From: Candidatus Hadarchaeota archaeon
GTDB taxonomy: Archaea > CAYQAE01 > CAYVLA01
Direction: 5' to 3'
DNA: 64,000 nt
Assembly (NCBI GenBank): GCA_964621445.1
Contig: CAZUNO010000009.1
Coordinates: 1-64,000, forward strand
Shown one piece after another: positions 29,844 through 39,838 of the stretch (its first letter is position 1; every line of letters starts with the position of its first letter). The position numbers and the translations under genes are program-made. The notes beneath the pieces are model-generated. The model was not told where the DNA came from. It saw nothing but the letters and a program-made list of their open reading frames with translations, and searched no databases.

Positions 29844-31154
29844 ATGAATCCAGCCAAGGCTGACTTCACTCCCCCCAGAGGCATGAGGGACATAACTCCC
29901 GAAGAGATGAATAAGAGGAGATACGTACGTCAGAAGATCGAATCGGTGTTCTCGCTTTTCGGGTACGATTTCGTAGACCCCACCCATATAGAGAGGATAG
30001 AGACCATCTTTGCCAAGGCCGGCCCTGAGATCGAAAAGGAGATATACGCCTTCGACGACAAGGGTGGCCGACGTCTAGGATTAAGGTTTGATCTCACCGT
30101 GGGCATGGCCCGCATGGTCGCCAGCAATCCAGACTGGCCCAAGCCCCTGAGGATAGCAGCCATATCCAACATCTGGAGATACGACCAACCTCAATACGGC
30201 AGGTATCGCTCAGTTGAGCAATGGGACGTGGAACTTTTCGGCAGCACGCAACCCTCGGCAGACGCGGAAATAGTCCAGCTGAGCTCTAGGATAATGGAGG
30301 ACTTGGATCTCGACCAATACAGAATCCCCGTCAACGACAGGAACATCATGGACCAATTCCTCAGACACCTTCAGCTGGAAGCGGACAAAGCGGCCATTCT
30401 AAGGATAATGGACAAGCGGGGTAAAATTACCCGTGATGAAATGACTCGAATGCTCCAGGAGCTGAACATAGATGATTCGCAGATCGACCTAATATTTGAT
30501 TTTTCATCTCAGCAGGGGGATATCTATGAGGTATGTGAATTCCTTCGAGAATGCGGCCACATTCAGGACACCAATTCAATCCAGAGGATGGAGGAAATCG
30601 GTGGCATACTGGAGGAATCGATGGGCCTTGAGAGGATAGAATTCGATCTCAGTCTGGTAAGAGGACTTGATTACTACACGGGATTCGTTTTCGAGTGCTT
30701 CGACGCCCAGGATGAAAGTCTGGGCTCCGTTTTCGGAGGAGGGAGGTTTGATGGACTGGTCGGCCTTTACGGCAGGCCCTCCCCTGCCGTTGGTTGCGCG
30801 GGAGGGATAACTCGCCTAATTCTGGCCCTGGAAAACAAGGACCTTATTCCGGAGAGCATTTTCAACAACCCACAGGTACTGGTGGCCCCCGTAACTGAGA
30901 AGGAGATGCCTAAGGCAATGAAAATAGCATCCGATCTCCGGCAAAACGGTGTGGGTGCCGTGGTTGATGTGATGAGCAGGAACCTTTCAAAGAATCTTGA
31001 TCACGCCAACAGGATGGGCCACCCGTTCGTGATTATCGTGGGCAGCAGGGATCTCTCGAAAGGAGTGGTAACTCTTAGGAACATGAAATCCGGAGAGGAG
31101 GACCAGGTGGAAATTGACCGCGTGTCCAAAGCGATAACTAACGAGAAAATCTGA
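29844..31154 (+). CDS. hisS: Histidyl-tRNA synthetase
   Basis: PRGMRD, LRFDLT, WRYDQPQYGRYR, LVRGLDYYTG, GGGRFDGL; anticodon-binding domain. Confidence 0.96.
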   Translation: MNPAKADFTPPRGMRDITPEEMNKRRYVRQKIESVFSLFGYDFVDPTHIERIETIFAKAGPEIEKEIYAFDDKGGRRLGLRFDLTVGMARMVASNPDWPKPLRIAAISNIWRYDQPQYGRYRSVEQWDVELFGSTQPSADAEIVQLSSRIMEDLDLDQYRIPVNDRNIMDQFLRHLQLEADKAAILRIMDKRGKITRDEMTRMLQELNIDDSQIDLIFDFSSQQGDIYEVCEFLRECGHIQDTNSIQRMEEIGGILEESMGLERIEFDLSLVRGLDYYTGFVFECFDAQDESLGSVFGGGRFDGLVGLYGRPSPAVGCAGGITRLILALENKDLIPESIFNNPQVLVAPVTEKEMPKAMKIASDLRQNGVGAVVDVMSRNLSKNLDHANRMGHPFVIIVGSRDLSKGVVTLRNMKSGEEDQVEIDRVSKAITNEKI

Positions 31155-32463
31155 CCGGCCGCGTTTCCAGGGTGGATAGGTCAACAAAAAAAACCGTGCC
31201 CGCACCCTTCTCCTCGTCATTAGACTTCCAGGATGGGCAGCCCAGAAGGAGGACCCCCTTATACCGGGATTGACATAGCAGGTGTCTGTGACCGGTGCAA
31301 AGTATGCTAGGCACTTTTTTTATCAGGAAGGGGTCAACGCCGGATGGTGCCAGGGGCACGCCGGAGCCGTAGGTCGGTGCCAAATGCCTCCTGATTAGCA
31401 TCTGTCTCATCAGTTCGCAGGGGTCATCCTCCCCCAGAGATGATGCCCAGTCATCAAGGGATTTTCCGTGATATAGCATTACTGGCACGCCGTCCATGGC
31501 TATGGTGCATGGATTACTACCGTGCTTGAAGTTACTCACATCAGAGAATATCCTCAATATATCGTCGAAGAAACCGGACTGTGGCTCAAGAACCCCGGAG
31601 GCATCGGTCTCCCCCGGTATGGCAAAGATGGAGATATGTTCGGGTATCCGTGAAACAATCCGGGCTAATTCCTCGTATAGATCCAGGGGGTTTCCGGCCT
31701 CTTCATCGATCAAGTCACCGGCCAAGACCACGAATCTAAGTGGATCAGGAATCTTGGAAGACTCGGCGCTCTCTCCGGTCAGCGCTTCCACGAAACCTCT
31801 GAATGCGTCCTCCATGAAATCGTCGCCGCCGAGATGGAGGTCCGAGAGGAATGCAACGTAGGACCTCTCATCCGCTACCACCTTCTCTCCTTCCTCTATA
31901 TCGGGCATCTGGATCTCCTCGGCGATTAGCATCTCATCATCCTTGGAGTAACGACCGCGGATGCCGATGGTCTCGTCCAATACCAATTCCCCGTGGCCAG
32001 AAGATTTCGGGAGCCTAACCGCCAGCTGTTCCCGTCCATCCTCTACCAGAAGCTCTAAGCCCTGCTCGGTTGCTTTTTTCTCGCTAATCATCCCCACAGC
32101 GGATACGTCTTGCCCCTCTGTCTCCTTTACCTGGCCTAAATCCAGGCAACTCCCATAACCCTCCTTTCTCTTCACCATCTCGGCCAGACGGTCGAATCTG
32201 TTCTGAAAGTGTCTCAGATAGTCTATCCTGGAGTCCGACTCCGATCCCCGAGCATCCGCTATCAATTCGATTTCATGGGCTGCTTCTTCTTGAGTCTCGC
32301 TTTCAAGGTCCTCCTTCCCCGCCATTCCCATTTCCCTTCCCTGGAGCTCCGAAGCTACTTTCCTTATTCGATCTTCGTCCATACTAGAGGCATATTCCAG
32401 GGCCCCCGGGGTGAGTAGGATTCCCTTATCCAGAAACGTCTGCACTATTCGCTTTTTATCCAT
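31138..32463 (-). CDS. DNA polymerase D small subunit (DP1)-like protein, exonuclease motif altered
   Basis: N-terminal KGILLTP, HFQNRF, OB fold, SDLHLG, AGDLID, PGETD, YHGKSLDD, RRHLAPTYG, TGHRH. Confidence 0.85.
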   Translation of the reverse strand: MDKKRIVQTFLDKGILLTPGALEYASSMDEDRIRKVASELQGREMGMAGKEDLESETQEEAAHEIELIADARGSESDSRIDYLRHFQNRFDRLAEMVKRKEGYGSCLDLGQVKETEGQDVSAVGMISEKKATEQGLELLVEDGREQLAVRLPKSSGHGELVLDETIGIRGRYSKDDEMLIAEEIQMPDIEEGEKVVADERSYVAFLSDLHLGGDDFMEDAFRGFVEALTGESAESSKIPDPLRFVVLAGDLIDEEAGNPLDLYEELARIVSRIPEHISIFAIPGETDASGVLEPQSGFFDDILRIFSDVSNFKHGSNPCTIAMDGVPVMLYHGKSLDDWASSLGEDDPCELMRQMLIRRHLAPTYGSGVPLAPSGVDPFLIKKVPSILCTGHRHLLCQSRYKGVLLLGCPSWKSNDEEKGAGTVFFVDLSTLETRPVRFSR

Positions 32464-32489
32464 ATTACTCAGCTTCGCCCCAGTTGACC

Positions 32490-32987
32490 CTATGATAGGT
32501 CGTGAATAATGGCTTCTCTCCTTCCGGTATCAAGGAGAGCCACGGTCGCTCTGCCGCTAAGATAGCCACAGGCCTCCCCCGGATTCACGGCCAATGTATC
32601 ACCGGTGTCTCTAACTGAGGGCTCATGGGTATGACCATGAACGAGAAAGGGAAAACGACCCGATTCGAGAATAGCTTCCACTGTGGGGGTGCTGGTACCA
32701 TGCGTTACCGCGATTTTCTCTCCCTCAATATCAAAATCGGCAAATTCCAGCCCCACTTGGGCATTTATATCCTGGAATATTGAATTTAAACCCAGGATCT
32801 CCCCATCGTTATTGCCGTAAACTCCATAAATCCTGCCCGAAAAGCATTCGAATTTCTTGGCCGAGAAAGGAGCCACCCAGTCGCCAGCATGGATAACTGC
32901 GTTAACATCCCGGTTCTTAAAGAAATCGACTGCCTTTGAGATCATGCCTTGGTTGTCATGTGTATCGCTGATCAAACCCACCTTCAA
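32490..32987 (-). CDS. MJ0936/YfcE family metallophosphoesterase
   Basis: ISDTHDN, HAGD, GNNDG, THG, HGHTH, NPGE. Confidence 0.93.
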   Translation of the reverse strand: MKVGLISDTHDNQGMISKAVDFFKNRDVNAVIHAGDWVAPFSAKKFECFSGRIYGVYGNNDGEILGLNSIFQDINAQVGLEFADFDIEGEKIAVTHGTSTPTVEAILESGRFPFLVHGHTHEPSVRDTGDTLAVNPGEACGYLSGRATVALLDTGRREAIIHDLS

Positions 32988-33112
32988 TTTTTAGCCCCTA
33001 GCTGGGTGCCCAATCTAAGATATTTATATGTATTATACCCCGCCTGGGCCGTCTGGGACTATCCTTATTGGTTCCCAAAAAACTATTCAACCCGCCAAAT
33101 TCCACTGGATTT

Positions 33113-34750
33113 CTATTCCCCGAGTATTTCTTTGAGATCTTCCTTTGGGTTTGATATTGGCATGATATTGAATTTGTCCACAAGGACATCGAGAACCATT
33201 GGTTCCACGAAGGCAGGCAGGGTGGGCCCCAGACGCATATCCTCGATACCTAAATATAACAACGTCAGAAGAATGGCCACGGCTTTTTGTTCGTACCACG
33301 AAAGCACAAATGATAGAGGGAGATCATTGACTTCTGAATCCAAGGCTTTTGAAAGGGCGAGTGCGATTTGGATCGCCGAATAGGCGTCATTACACTGCCC
33401 TATGTCCAGTAGCCGGGGAATTCCCCCGATATCTCCGAAATCCAGCTTATTGAACCTGTACTTCCCGCATGCCAGGGTCAGAATTATGCAATCGCTGGGC
33501 ACGGATTGCGCTAATTCCGTGTAGTAATTCCGGCCCGGCTTTGCTCCGTCGCACCCACCGATCAGGAAGAAATGACGTATATCGCCGTTCCCCACCGCTT
33601 CTATAACCTGGTCCGCAACCTTGTTAACTGCATCTCGACCAAATCCAACAGTTATAGTTCGTGGCTCCCCATCTTTCTGAAATCCAGGTTGAGAAAGAGC
33701 AGCCTCGATGACCGGTGAATAGTCTCCATCACCAATATGAGTCACCCCTGGCCAACCCGTGGGGCCGGAAGTAAAAATCCTATCCTTGTAGCTATTCTTG
33801 GGCTTCATCAAGCAGTTCGTGGTCATCAAAATAGCCCCCGGGAACTTCTCGAACTCCTTTCGCTGAAGCTGCCATGCACCCCCATAATTGCCAACCAGGT
33901 GATCGTATTTATTCAGTTCCGGGTACCCATGACAGGGAAGCATTTCTCCATGAGTATAGACTTTGACCCCCGTTCCCCGCGTCTGTTCCAACAACTCCTT
34001 TAGATCCTTCAGATCGTGGCCAGAAACAACGATCGCTTTTCCCTGTACAGGCGTCACACGTACCTTGGTGGGCTCCGGATGACCATAGGTCCCGGTATTG
34101 CCGGCATCGAGCAACTTCATTGCCCGTAAATTCAACTCACCCGTTTCAAGCGCCTTGTTCAAAAGCTCTTCCTGGTCACAAGGTCCAGAGGCTATATAAC
34201 TCAGCATCTCGTGGAACCAATCATACAGTTCCTCGTCCCCCTGTCCTAATACCCGAGCATGATAGGTGTATGCACCTGCACCCTTAAGCCCATACACAAT
34301 CAGCTCCTGCAAACCAGCTATATCTGGACCGAACCTATCGATACGGCTCTGGACCCCTACATCCTCCCCCTGGGCGATCAGACCCTCGAGGTCCTGAGCC
34401 GGGTGCCAGTTCTCTATCCATGCCATTTCGTCGCCAGAACCGACATCAAGATCTCCACACATATCAAGGGCAATCTCTCTCAACTCCGCCCCGCGGTGGA
34501 TAAAATTCTCGAAATCCCTAGCATCGAAGTTGACGTTTGTCAGCGTGGTAAACAAGGCCCAGGGCACGAATTCATCAACATCTTTATTCCGTTTCCCGCC
34601 CTTACGGGCCCGATGAGCGCAAACAGATAAACCCATCACCACTTGACGAAGAAGATCCTGAAGTGCCGCCACGTCGGGGTCCTTCCCACAAACACCATGC
34701 ACGGTACAGCCTTCACCTTTAGCCGTCTGTTCACATTGATAACAAAACAT
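33113..34750 (-). CDS. hcp: Hybrid cluster protein (hydroxylamine reductase)
   Basis: MFCYQCEQT..GC...GVCGK, SGHDL, THGEMLP, GGCDG, GQCNDAYS, SWYEQKA. Confidence 0.97.
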   Translation of the reverse strand: MFCYQCEQTAKGEGCTVHGVCGKDPDVAALQDLLRQVVMGLSVCAHRARKGGKRNKDVDEFVPWALFTTLTNVNFDARDFENFIHRGAELREIALDMCGDLDVGSGDEMAWIENWHPAQDLEGLIAQGEDVGVQSRIDRFGPDIAGLQELIVYGLKGAGAYTYHARVLGQGDEELYDWFHEMLSYIASGPCDQEELLNKALETGELNLRAMKLLDAGNTGTYGHPEPTKVRVTPVQGKAIVVSGHDLKDLKELLEQTRGTGVKVYTHGEMLPCHGYPELNKYDHLVGNYGGAWQLQRKEFEKFPGAILMTTNCLMKPKNSYKDRIFTSGPTGWPGVTHIGDGDYSPVIEAALSQPGFQKDGEPRTITVGFGRDAVNKVADQVIEAVGNGDIRHFFLIGGCDGAKPGRNYYTELAQSVPSDCIILTLACGKYRFNKLDFGDIGGIPRLLDIGQCNDAYSAIQIALALSKALDSEVNDLPLSFVLSWYEQKAVAILLTLLYLGIEDMRLGPTLPAFVEPMVLDVLVDKFNIMPISNPKEDLKEILGE

Positions 34751-34984
34751 TAGATTCTACCACGCTTTTTCATTGAAAAATCAACCTAAATTCAGCAGTT
34801 CCAAACCATACTTGGCAAAGTAAAGAACTATTCTCGCAAGGAACGGCCTCTTCCTGTGCATCACCCCCGGAAAGGGGATCGACAAACAGGTCAGATTACC
34901 TCAATGAAGGTCCCTGGGGGTAGAAAAAACCTTTATATGTAATTCGAAAGCCTTTCGCTCCAAGAAAGGCTTGAACAGTAAGGT

Positions 34985-36214
34985 TTGCTCGTTTCGGAGG
35001 GGCATGATTTGAAGAGATTCAACTGCATGGATGATATCGAGGTAGCCGACAAGACCGTTCTGGTCAGGGTAGACATCAATACGAGTATCGACGAGAATGG
35101 TCCACAGATGAGTGAAAGGATCGAGGCCGCTTCCCGGACAATACAGGAGCTATCGGCCCGAAAGGCGAAGGTGGTGGTACTGGCCCACCAGGGCAGGGCC
35201 GGGGACCAGGACTTCGCGTCCCTCCAGGACCATGCCGGACTTTTATCGCAGCTCATGAAAACCGAGGTCAAGTTCATAGATGATATTATGGGTCCGGCGG
35301 CCAGGAAGACAATATCGGAGTTGGAGAAAGGAGATGTACTACTCCTGGAAAACACCCGCTTCCTGGCAGAGGAGACCCTTAACCGTGAACCCGAAGAGCA
35401 CGCCAACAGCTTCCTGGTCAAGAAGTTACTGCCTCTTGCTGATATCTTCATCAATGACGCCTTCTCTGCCGCTCACAGGTCCCATGCATCATTGGTTGGC
35501 TTTACTGTTGATTTGCCGAAAGCACTCGGTCTAACCATGGAAAGGGAGATATCCTCCATATCCAAGGCCATGCAATCCCCCGAGAAGCCCTGCGTATACG
35601 TTCTGGGTGGTCTCAAGCCCGAGGAGGCATTCAATGTCATGCTTAACGGACTTGAAGGAGAGAGCATAGACCAGGCTCTTACCTGTGGGGTCGTGGGAAG
35701 GATATGTCTCCGGGCCAAGGGAGTTGACACCGGACCGGAGGATGATAAGTTCTTCCAGAAGAAAGGGTTCGACGATTTCGTCCCCGAGGCCAGGAAGATA
35801 ATCGATAAATTCGGTGAAAAGGTCCTGACCCCCGTCGATGTCGGAGCCTTCAAGGACCAGCAAAGGGTGGACATCGACGTCTCGGATCTGCCAACTGATC
35901 TGGAGATATTCGATATAGGTCCCGACACCGTTGACAAGTACGGCGATCTGATAGACTCTGCCAGGACCGTGGTTATGAATGGCCCTGCCGGGGTCTACGA
36001 GGAGCCGAAATTCGGCCTGGGTACCGAGGGTCTATTGAAATCTATTTCGAATTCCGATGCCTTCTCATTGATGGGCGGTGGCCATACCCTCAAGGCCATG
36101 GATAAGCTGGGCTTCTTCAAGGAGGACTTTTCCTATGTGAGTCTCGCCGGCGGGGCGTTGATAAGCTATCTAAGTGGCGAGAAAATGCCTGCAATTGAAG
36201 CGCTAAGAATATAG
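34985..36214 (+). CDS. pgk: Phosphoglycerate kinase
   Basis: VRVDIN, AHQGR, LLENTRF, NDAFSAAHRSHAS, NGPAGVYE, SLAGGA. The start may be TTG 35009; BRE/TATA (GAAAAAACCTTTATA) lies upstream. Confidence 0.96.
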   Translation: MLVSEGHDLKRFNCMDDIEVADKTVLVRVDINTSIDENGPQMSERIEAASRTIQELSARKAKVVVLAHQGRAGDQDFASLQDHAGLLSQLMKTEVKFIDDIMGPAARKTISELEKGDVLLLENTRFLAEETLNREPEEHANSFLVKKLLPLADIFINDAFSAAHRSHASLVGFTVDLPKALGLTMEREISSISKAMQSPEKPCVYVLGGLKPEEAFNVMLNGLEGESIDQALTCGVVGRICLRAKGVDTGPEDDKFFQKKGFDDFVPEARKIIDKFGEKVLTPVDVGAFKDQQRVDIDVSDLPTDLEIFDIGPDTVDKYGDLIDSARTVVMNGPAGVYEEPKFGLGTEGLLKSISNSDAFSLMGGGHTLKAMDKLGFFKEDFSYVSLAGGALISYLSGEKMPAIEALRI

Positions 36215-36287
36215 AACCTTTGGAATTACCCGAAAGCTTTTCATATCGGAAAATACACAGTACTTCTCTCCCTCCCGGAGGCCTTAT

Positions 36288-37220
36288 TTGTCCTCGCAGA
36301 ACATTCTGGTGGAGTCACACGGACATAGGACGCCATTCTCTAAGGGTATTCTTGCACAGTCCCTAAAGGCGGCTGGAATAGACGAGGCATCAGCCAACCG
36401 TATAGCTAGGAATATTGAGGGCCATCTTCTAGAGGAGGAGAAGTACAAAGTTCAGCGTAGAGAGATAAGAAAACTCGCAGTGGAGCACATTGAGTCCCTC
36501 ATAGGGGAGAGCGGGGCCGAGAAGTATTTGACCTGGCGTCAACTCCAGCATGGACGCGAGCCGATGGTCATTCTCATAAGCGGTGCCACAGGTGTAGGCA
36601 AGTCCACCACAGCAGCTCAGCTAGCCCATCGGCTGGGCATAATGCATGTGATAGGGACTGATGCGGTGAGAGAGGTCATGAGAAAGATCATATCTCCCGA
36701 TCTGATGCCCACTCTACACCTATCTTCCTACACGGCCTGGAAGGCGCTCAAGACACCTGGAACCGGGGGAAAGGACTCCACTGTTGCAGGCTTTGAAAGG
36801 CATGCAAAATATGTTCTTGTAGGGGTTGAGGCGGTCATAGAGAGAGCCCTGAGAGAGGGGCTCAGCATAATTATCGAGGGAGTGCACCTGGTACCGGGTT
36901 TCATACGTAAGGAGATAATGAACCGGCCCAACGTCGTATTGGTCGTTGTCACTGCCAGCGGGGAGGAGCAGCACCGGAGTCGCATGTATACAAGGTCCGA
37001 GTCGATAGCCACCAAGCGACCCGTTGATAGCTATATAAAGGAGTTCTCCAGGATCCGCACTATTCAGAACTATGTGGTAAAAAGGGCAAAGGAAAAGGAC
37101 CTCCTAATCATCCAAAACGACGCAATAGAGGAGACCATCGACAAGGTATTCGAAGAGGTAATGAGCCGAGCTAGAAAGATAGTCTTCGACAAGAAAACAA
37201 ATGAAAAGGAAGAGGACTAG
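36288..37220 (+). CDS. pgk2: 2-phosphoglycerate kinase (ATP-cone plus P-loop)
   Basis: PFSKGILAQSL ATP-cone, ISGATGVGKST, IGTDAVREVMR, IIEGVHLVPG. Confidence 0.9.
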   Translation: MSSQNILVESHGHRTPFSKGILAQSLKAAGIDEASANRIARNIEGHLLEEEKYKVQRREIRKLAVEHIESLIGESGAEKYLTWRQLQHGREPMVILISGATGVGKSTTAAQLAHRLGIMHVIGTDAVREVMRKIISPDLMPTLHLSSYTAWKALKTPGTGGKDSTVAGFERHAKYVLVGVEAVIERALREGLSIIIEGVHLVPGFIRKEIMNRPNVVLVVVTASGEEQHRSRMYTRSESIATKRPVDSYIKEFSRIRTIQNYVVKRAKEKDLLIIQNDAIEETIDKVFEEVMSRARKIVFDKKTNEKEED

Positions 37221-37948
37221 ACGAGCTCCTCTTCTACCAGATCCGGCTCCTCCGGACGCAGACCTTCCAGACCCTCTTCACCCTCAAGGCCTTCAACGCC
37301 TTCAATGGCTTCGCCCGGCTCGATTCCAAGGAGAGCGGCTTCTGCAGCTGCCCTTTCCCTGGCTTCCTCCTTCTTCCTTCGGGCCTCACGTTCCTCTTCC
37401 AGCTTCTCAAGTTCTGCTATTCTATCCAGCTTGGATTCGTCAACTTCCACGTACTCGATATCGCTGTGGCAAGGCATGGGGAGCTTCATTCTGGCCCTTC
37501 TGAGGGATTCGCGTGCTATGGATTCCTTATTCTCATAAACCCATACCGACATTAGCGGTTGTCCCTTCTGGACCCTTGCCGCACATCCAACGGGTCTGCC
37601 GAAGGAACCTCTCATTCCCGTCTGATATCTATCGGCTCCGGCCCCCGTGGCCATGGAGTTCTCCCTCAGTATGTGATGTGGATAGACCCTTATTTTGAGA
37701 TGGTAGCCCCACTTCTCGGTTGCCTTCATTAGGTACCTGTTGGCCATTACCCTTGATGCCTCGAGGGAGTTATGCCGGACTTGACCCATTTCATCGGCGT
37801 ACAGCGTTGCCTTTACGGGAAACTTCGCGGTTCTTGCCCCCATATCGAAGGTCACTATCTTCTTTCCGGGAATCCCGCTTATATACTCCTTTTTGGTATA
37901 GGGCCTTCCCTTCAACTGTCTATAGCATCTATTGGGTCTTACTGGCAT
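37217..37948 (-). CDS. rpl10e: 50S ribosomal protein uL16 (L10e) with acidic C-terminal extension
   Basis: RPNRCYR, RHNSLEASR, RVYPHHILREN, GAGADR..GMR.SFGRP. Confidence 0.96.
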   Translation of the reverse strand: MPVRPNRCYRQLKGRPYTKKEYISGIPGKKIVTFDMGARTAKFPVKATLYADEMGQVRHNSLEASRVMANRYLMKATEKWGYHLKIRVYPHHILRENSMATGAGADRYQTGMRGSFGRPVGCAARVQKGQPLMSVWVYENKESIARESLRRARMKLPMPCHSDIEYVEVDESKLDRIAELEKLEEEREARRKKEEARERAAAEAALLGIEPGEAIEGVEGLEGEEGLEGLRPEEPDLVEEELV

Positions 37949-38042
37949 GAACATCAACTCGATGAAATTATTCCCTAAACTACGGCCGGAAGCAAAGGTA
38001 GGTTTTCGCCATTTTAAATATTTTCACATCCAGGCCAGGTTT

Positions 38043-39221
38043 CTAATTGGGCAGGTCCCTCTGGGAGAGTATCTTCAAATCAGGCGGCTTCTTGGTGACG
38101 TTTCCTATCTTCGCACCCACAACATACCTTACATTAGCGACCGATCCAACGTCGATCAGCCTCTGGGTGACGATCCCGTCAAGGATAACCGCCATTACCC
38201 CTTCTGAGCCCTTGAAGGTGGAGATGAGCTTGGAGACGTCGACCTCGGCCATTACATCAAGTTCCTTGTCTAGGAGCTTGGCCTTTCGGGAACCCTGTAT
38301 CTCGTTGAATACCTCACTGAACTTCTTCATCTCGGAGCTATCTTCCCTTTTCTTCTTTTTACGCTGCTGGAAGTATTGATCTACTGAAATCCTGTTCTTA
38401 AGGTATTCGATTATCTGCTTTCTACTCATATCCTCGACGCTTTCTCCAGGAGGACCCTGGGCCACGTACGAGATGTCGGCAACCTGGAAGAGCTCCCTGA
38501 GAATGAGTTCTCCTCCCCTGTCTCCATCCACGAAAGCTATGGTCGTCTTCTTCTTCGACAGATTGGCTATCGACTTGGGAATGTTCGTCCCCTCTACCGC
38601 TATGCAGTTCTTGACTCCGGCCTTCAAAAGATTTAGAATATCCGCTCGGCCCTCCACGATTATCAGGGAGTCGGAATCCTTTATCCCGGGGCCGGCCGGG
38701 AGCTTCTCTCGGCCATACTTGGTTATCTCCCCCACCTCAAAGGACTGCTTTAGCTCGCTGCTAATCTCAGAGGTATCTATGGTGACGTCCTCGAATAGGG
38801 TGTTCAGAATCTGTTTGGCCCTTTCAACCAGAACTCTCCTCTTCGCCGCCCTGACGTCCTCGATCCTGAGCACATTTATCCGCGCCTCGCAGGGACCGAC
38901 CCTGTCCACCGTCTCCAGAGATGCGGCTAGAATTGCCGTATCTATCTTATCCAGGCTACTCGGAAGTCTAATAACCCCGGTAGAACGGCCGCCTCTGGAC
39001 TTTATCTCCGCCTCGATTCTTCCTATCCTGCCCGTCTTTAGCAGTTCCCTGAGATCCAGATCATCCCCGAGCAAGCCCTCGGTCTGGCCGAAAATGGCAC
39101 CTATGACATCGGGTCTCTCAACAACGCCATCGGTCTCTATCTGCGCATAGATTTCGTACTTAGTCGTCGACTCTGCTTGATCCTCGATATTCTTCTTATT
39201 CTTCTTATTCTTCTTTGACAT
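38043..39221 (-). CDS. dnaG: Archaeal DnaG (exosome-associated TOPRIM protein)
   Basis: GVVERPDVIGAIFGQTEGLLG, IVEGRAD, FVDGDRGG, LDGIVTQRL. Confidence 0.96.
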   Translation of the reverse strand: MSKKNKKNKKNIEDQAESTTKYEIYAQIETDGVVERPDVIGAIFGQTEGLLGDDLDLRELLKTGRIGRIEAEIKSRGGRSTGVIRLPSSLDKIDTAILAASLETVDRVGPCEARINVLRIEDVRAAKRRVLVERAKQILNTLFEDVTIDTSEISSELKQSFEVGEITKYGREKLPAGPGIKDSDSLIIVEGRADILNLLKAGVKNCIAVEGTNIPKSIANLSKKKTTIAFVDGDRGGELILRELFQVADISYVAQGPPGESVEDMSRKQIIEYLKNRISVDQYFQQRKKKKREDSSEMKKFSEVFNEIQGSRKAKLLDKELDVMAEVDVSKLISTFKGSEGVMAVILDGIVTQRLIDVGSVANVRYVVGAKIGNVTKKPPDLKILSQRDLPN

Positions 39222-39328
39222 GTGACCACCAAAATATCAACACAATTTACATTACTGGACTCGAAATGCGAAAGGAAAAGTACAGTAACCCAGGATGAAT
39301 TACCGACCACCTGTGGAATGAGCCACTA

Positions 39329-39607
39329 TCAGGACCCATCCGAGGGTAGATTTTCAATAACCCTATCAACTACATCTTCATTGATGTAGATTCGAACCAA
39401 TTTTCTCCGACTTCTTCTACCACGTACAATCTCGATATTTTTTGTACCAAATACCTTGTAAAGGATCCCGAGCAGCTCCCTGTTTGCTTTTCCCTTCTTA
39501 GCGGGTGAAGTTACCTTGACCTTTATTTCATCCTCCTTTCTTTGAATCGATGAACGAGCTGAGTTTGGCGAAACTCTAACTCTTACGAGCTTTTCATTTC
39601 TTCCCAT
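39329..39607 (-). CDS. DUF167 (YggU/UPF0235) family protein
   Basis: VRVSPNS, VKVTSPAKKGKANREL, IVRGRRSRRKLV. Confidence 0.9.
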   Translation of the reverse strand: MGRNEKLVRVRVSPNSARSSIQRKEDEIKVKVTSPAKKGKANRELLGILYKVFGTKNIEIVRGRRSRRKLVRIYINEDVVDRVIENLPSDGS

Positions 39608-39818
39608 GCTACTACGTCCGTTCCCCGCAAGGGGGGGGGGGGCGCCTGTAACCTTCTACACTAACTCCTGGGCTTCATCGTACGGGTTAATCCTCCCTCG
39701 ACCCAGATGTCCTCGTGGAAGGATATATCGGCGCCTCCCTGTTGCTATGCGGGGTTGTCCGCCAGATCATCGTCTTAGGATTGACCAGTAACTCTCCGTG
39801 GGACCCAAACGTATAGCA
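39607..39818 (-). ncRNA. Unassigned ~210-nt structured RNA or 5' leader of DUF167-dnaG
   Basis: Terminal stem UGCUAUACGUUUG/CGGACGUAGUAGCA (G.U pairs form only on the - strand); long arm GGGAGGCGCC...GGCGCCCCCC with a K-turn-like GA/GA; hairpin CCCC-UUGC-GGGG; own promoter. Confidence 0.7.
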
Positions 39819-39838
39819 ATATTACTATTGTTGCGTCC

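Noticed and set aside
34766-34780. Inverted repeat TTTTTCA-T-TGAAAAA upstream of hcp
   Set aside because: Low-complexity, single occurrence, and no regulator could be assigned.
39190-39216. 9-nt tandem repeat encoding KKN three times at the DnaG N-terminus
   Set aside because: Short coding microrepeat with no spacers; no evidence of a role beyond a basic tail.
39292-39340. Possible C/D sRNA (AGGATGA, 12 nt, CTGT, GGAATGA)
   Set aside because: No terminal D box, and only 7 nt of complementarity to a recalled 16S tract.
39607-39818. SRP RNA, RNase P RNA, SAM-I or cobalamin riboswitch, or intron-containing tRNA as the identity of the structured RNA
   Set aside because: No SRP helix-8 motif, no RNase P CR-I/CR-V, no T-loop. 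Only the K-turn arm resembles SAM-I P2, and the SAM-binding core is missing.
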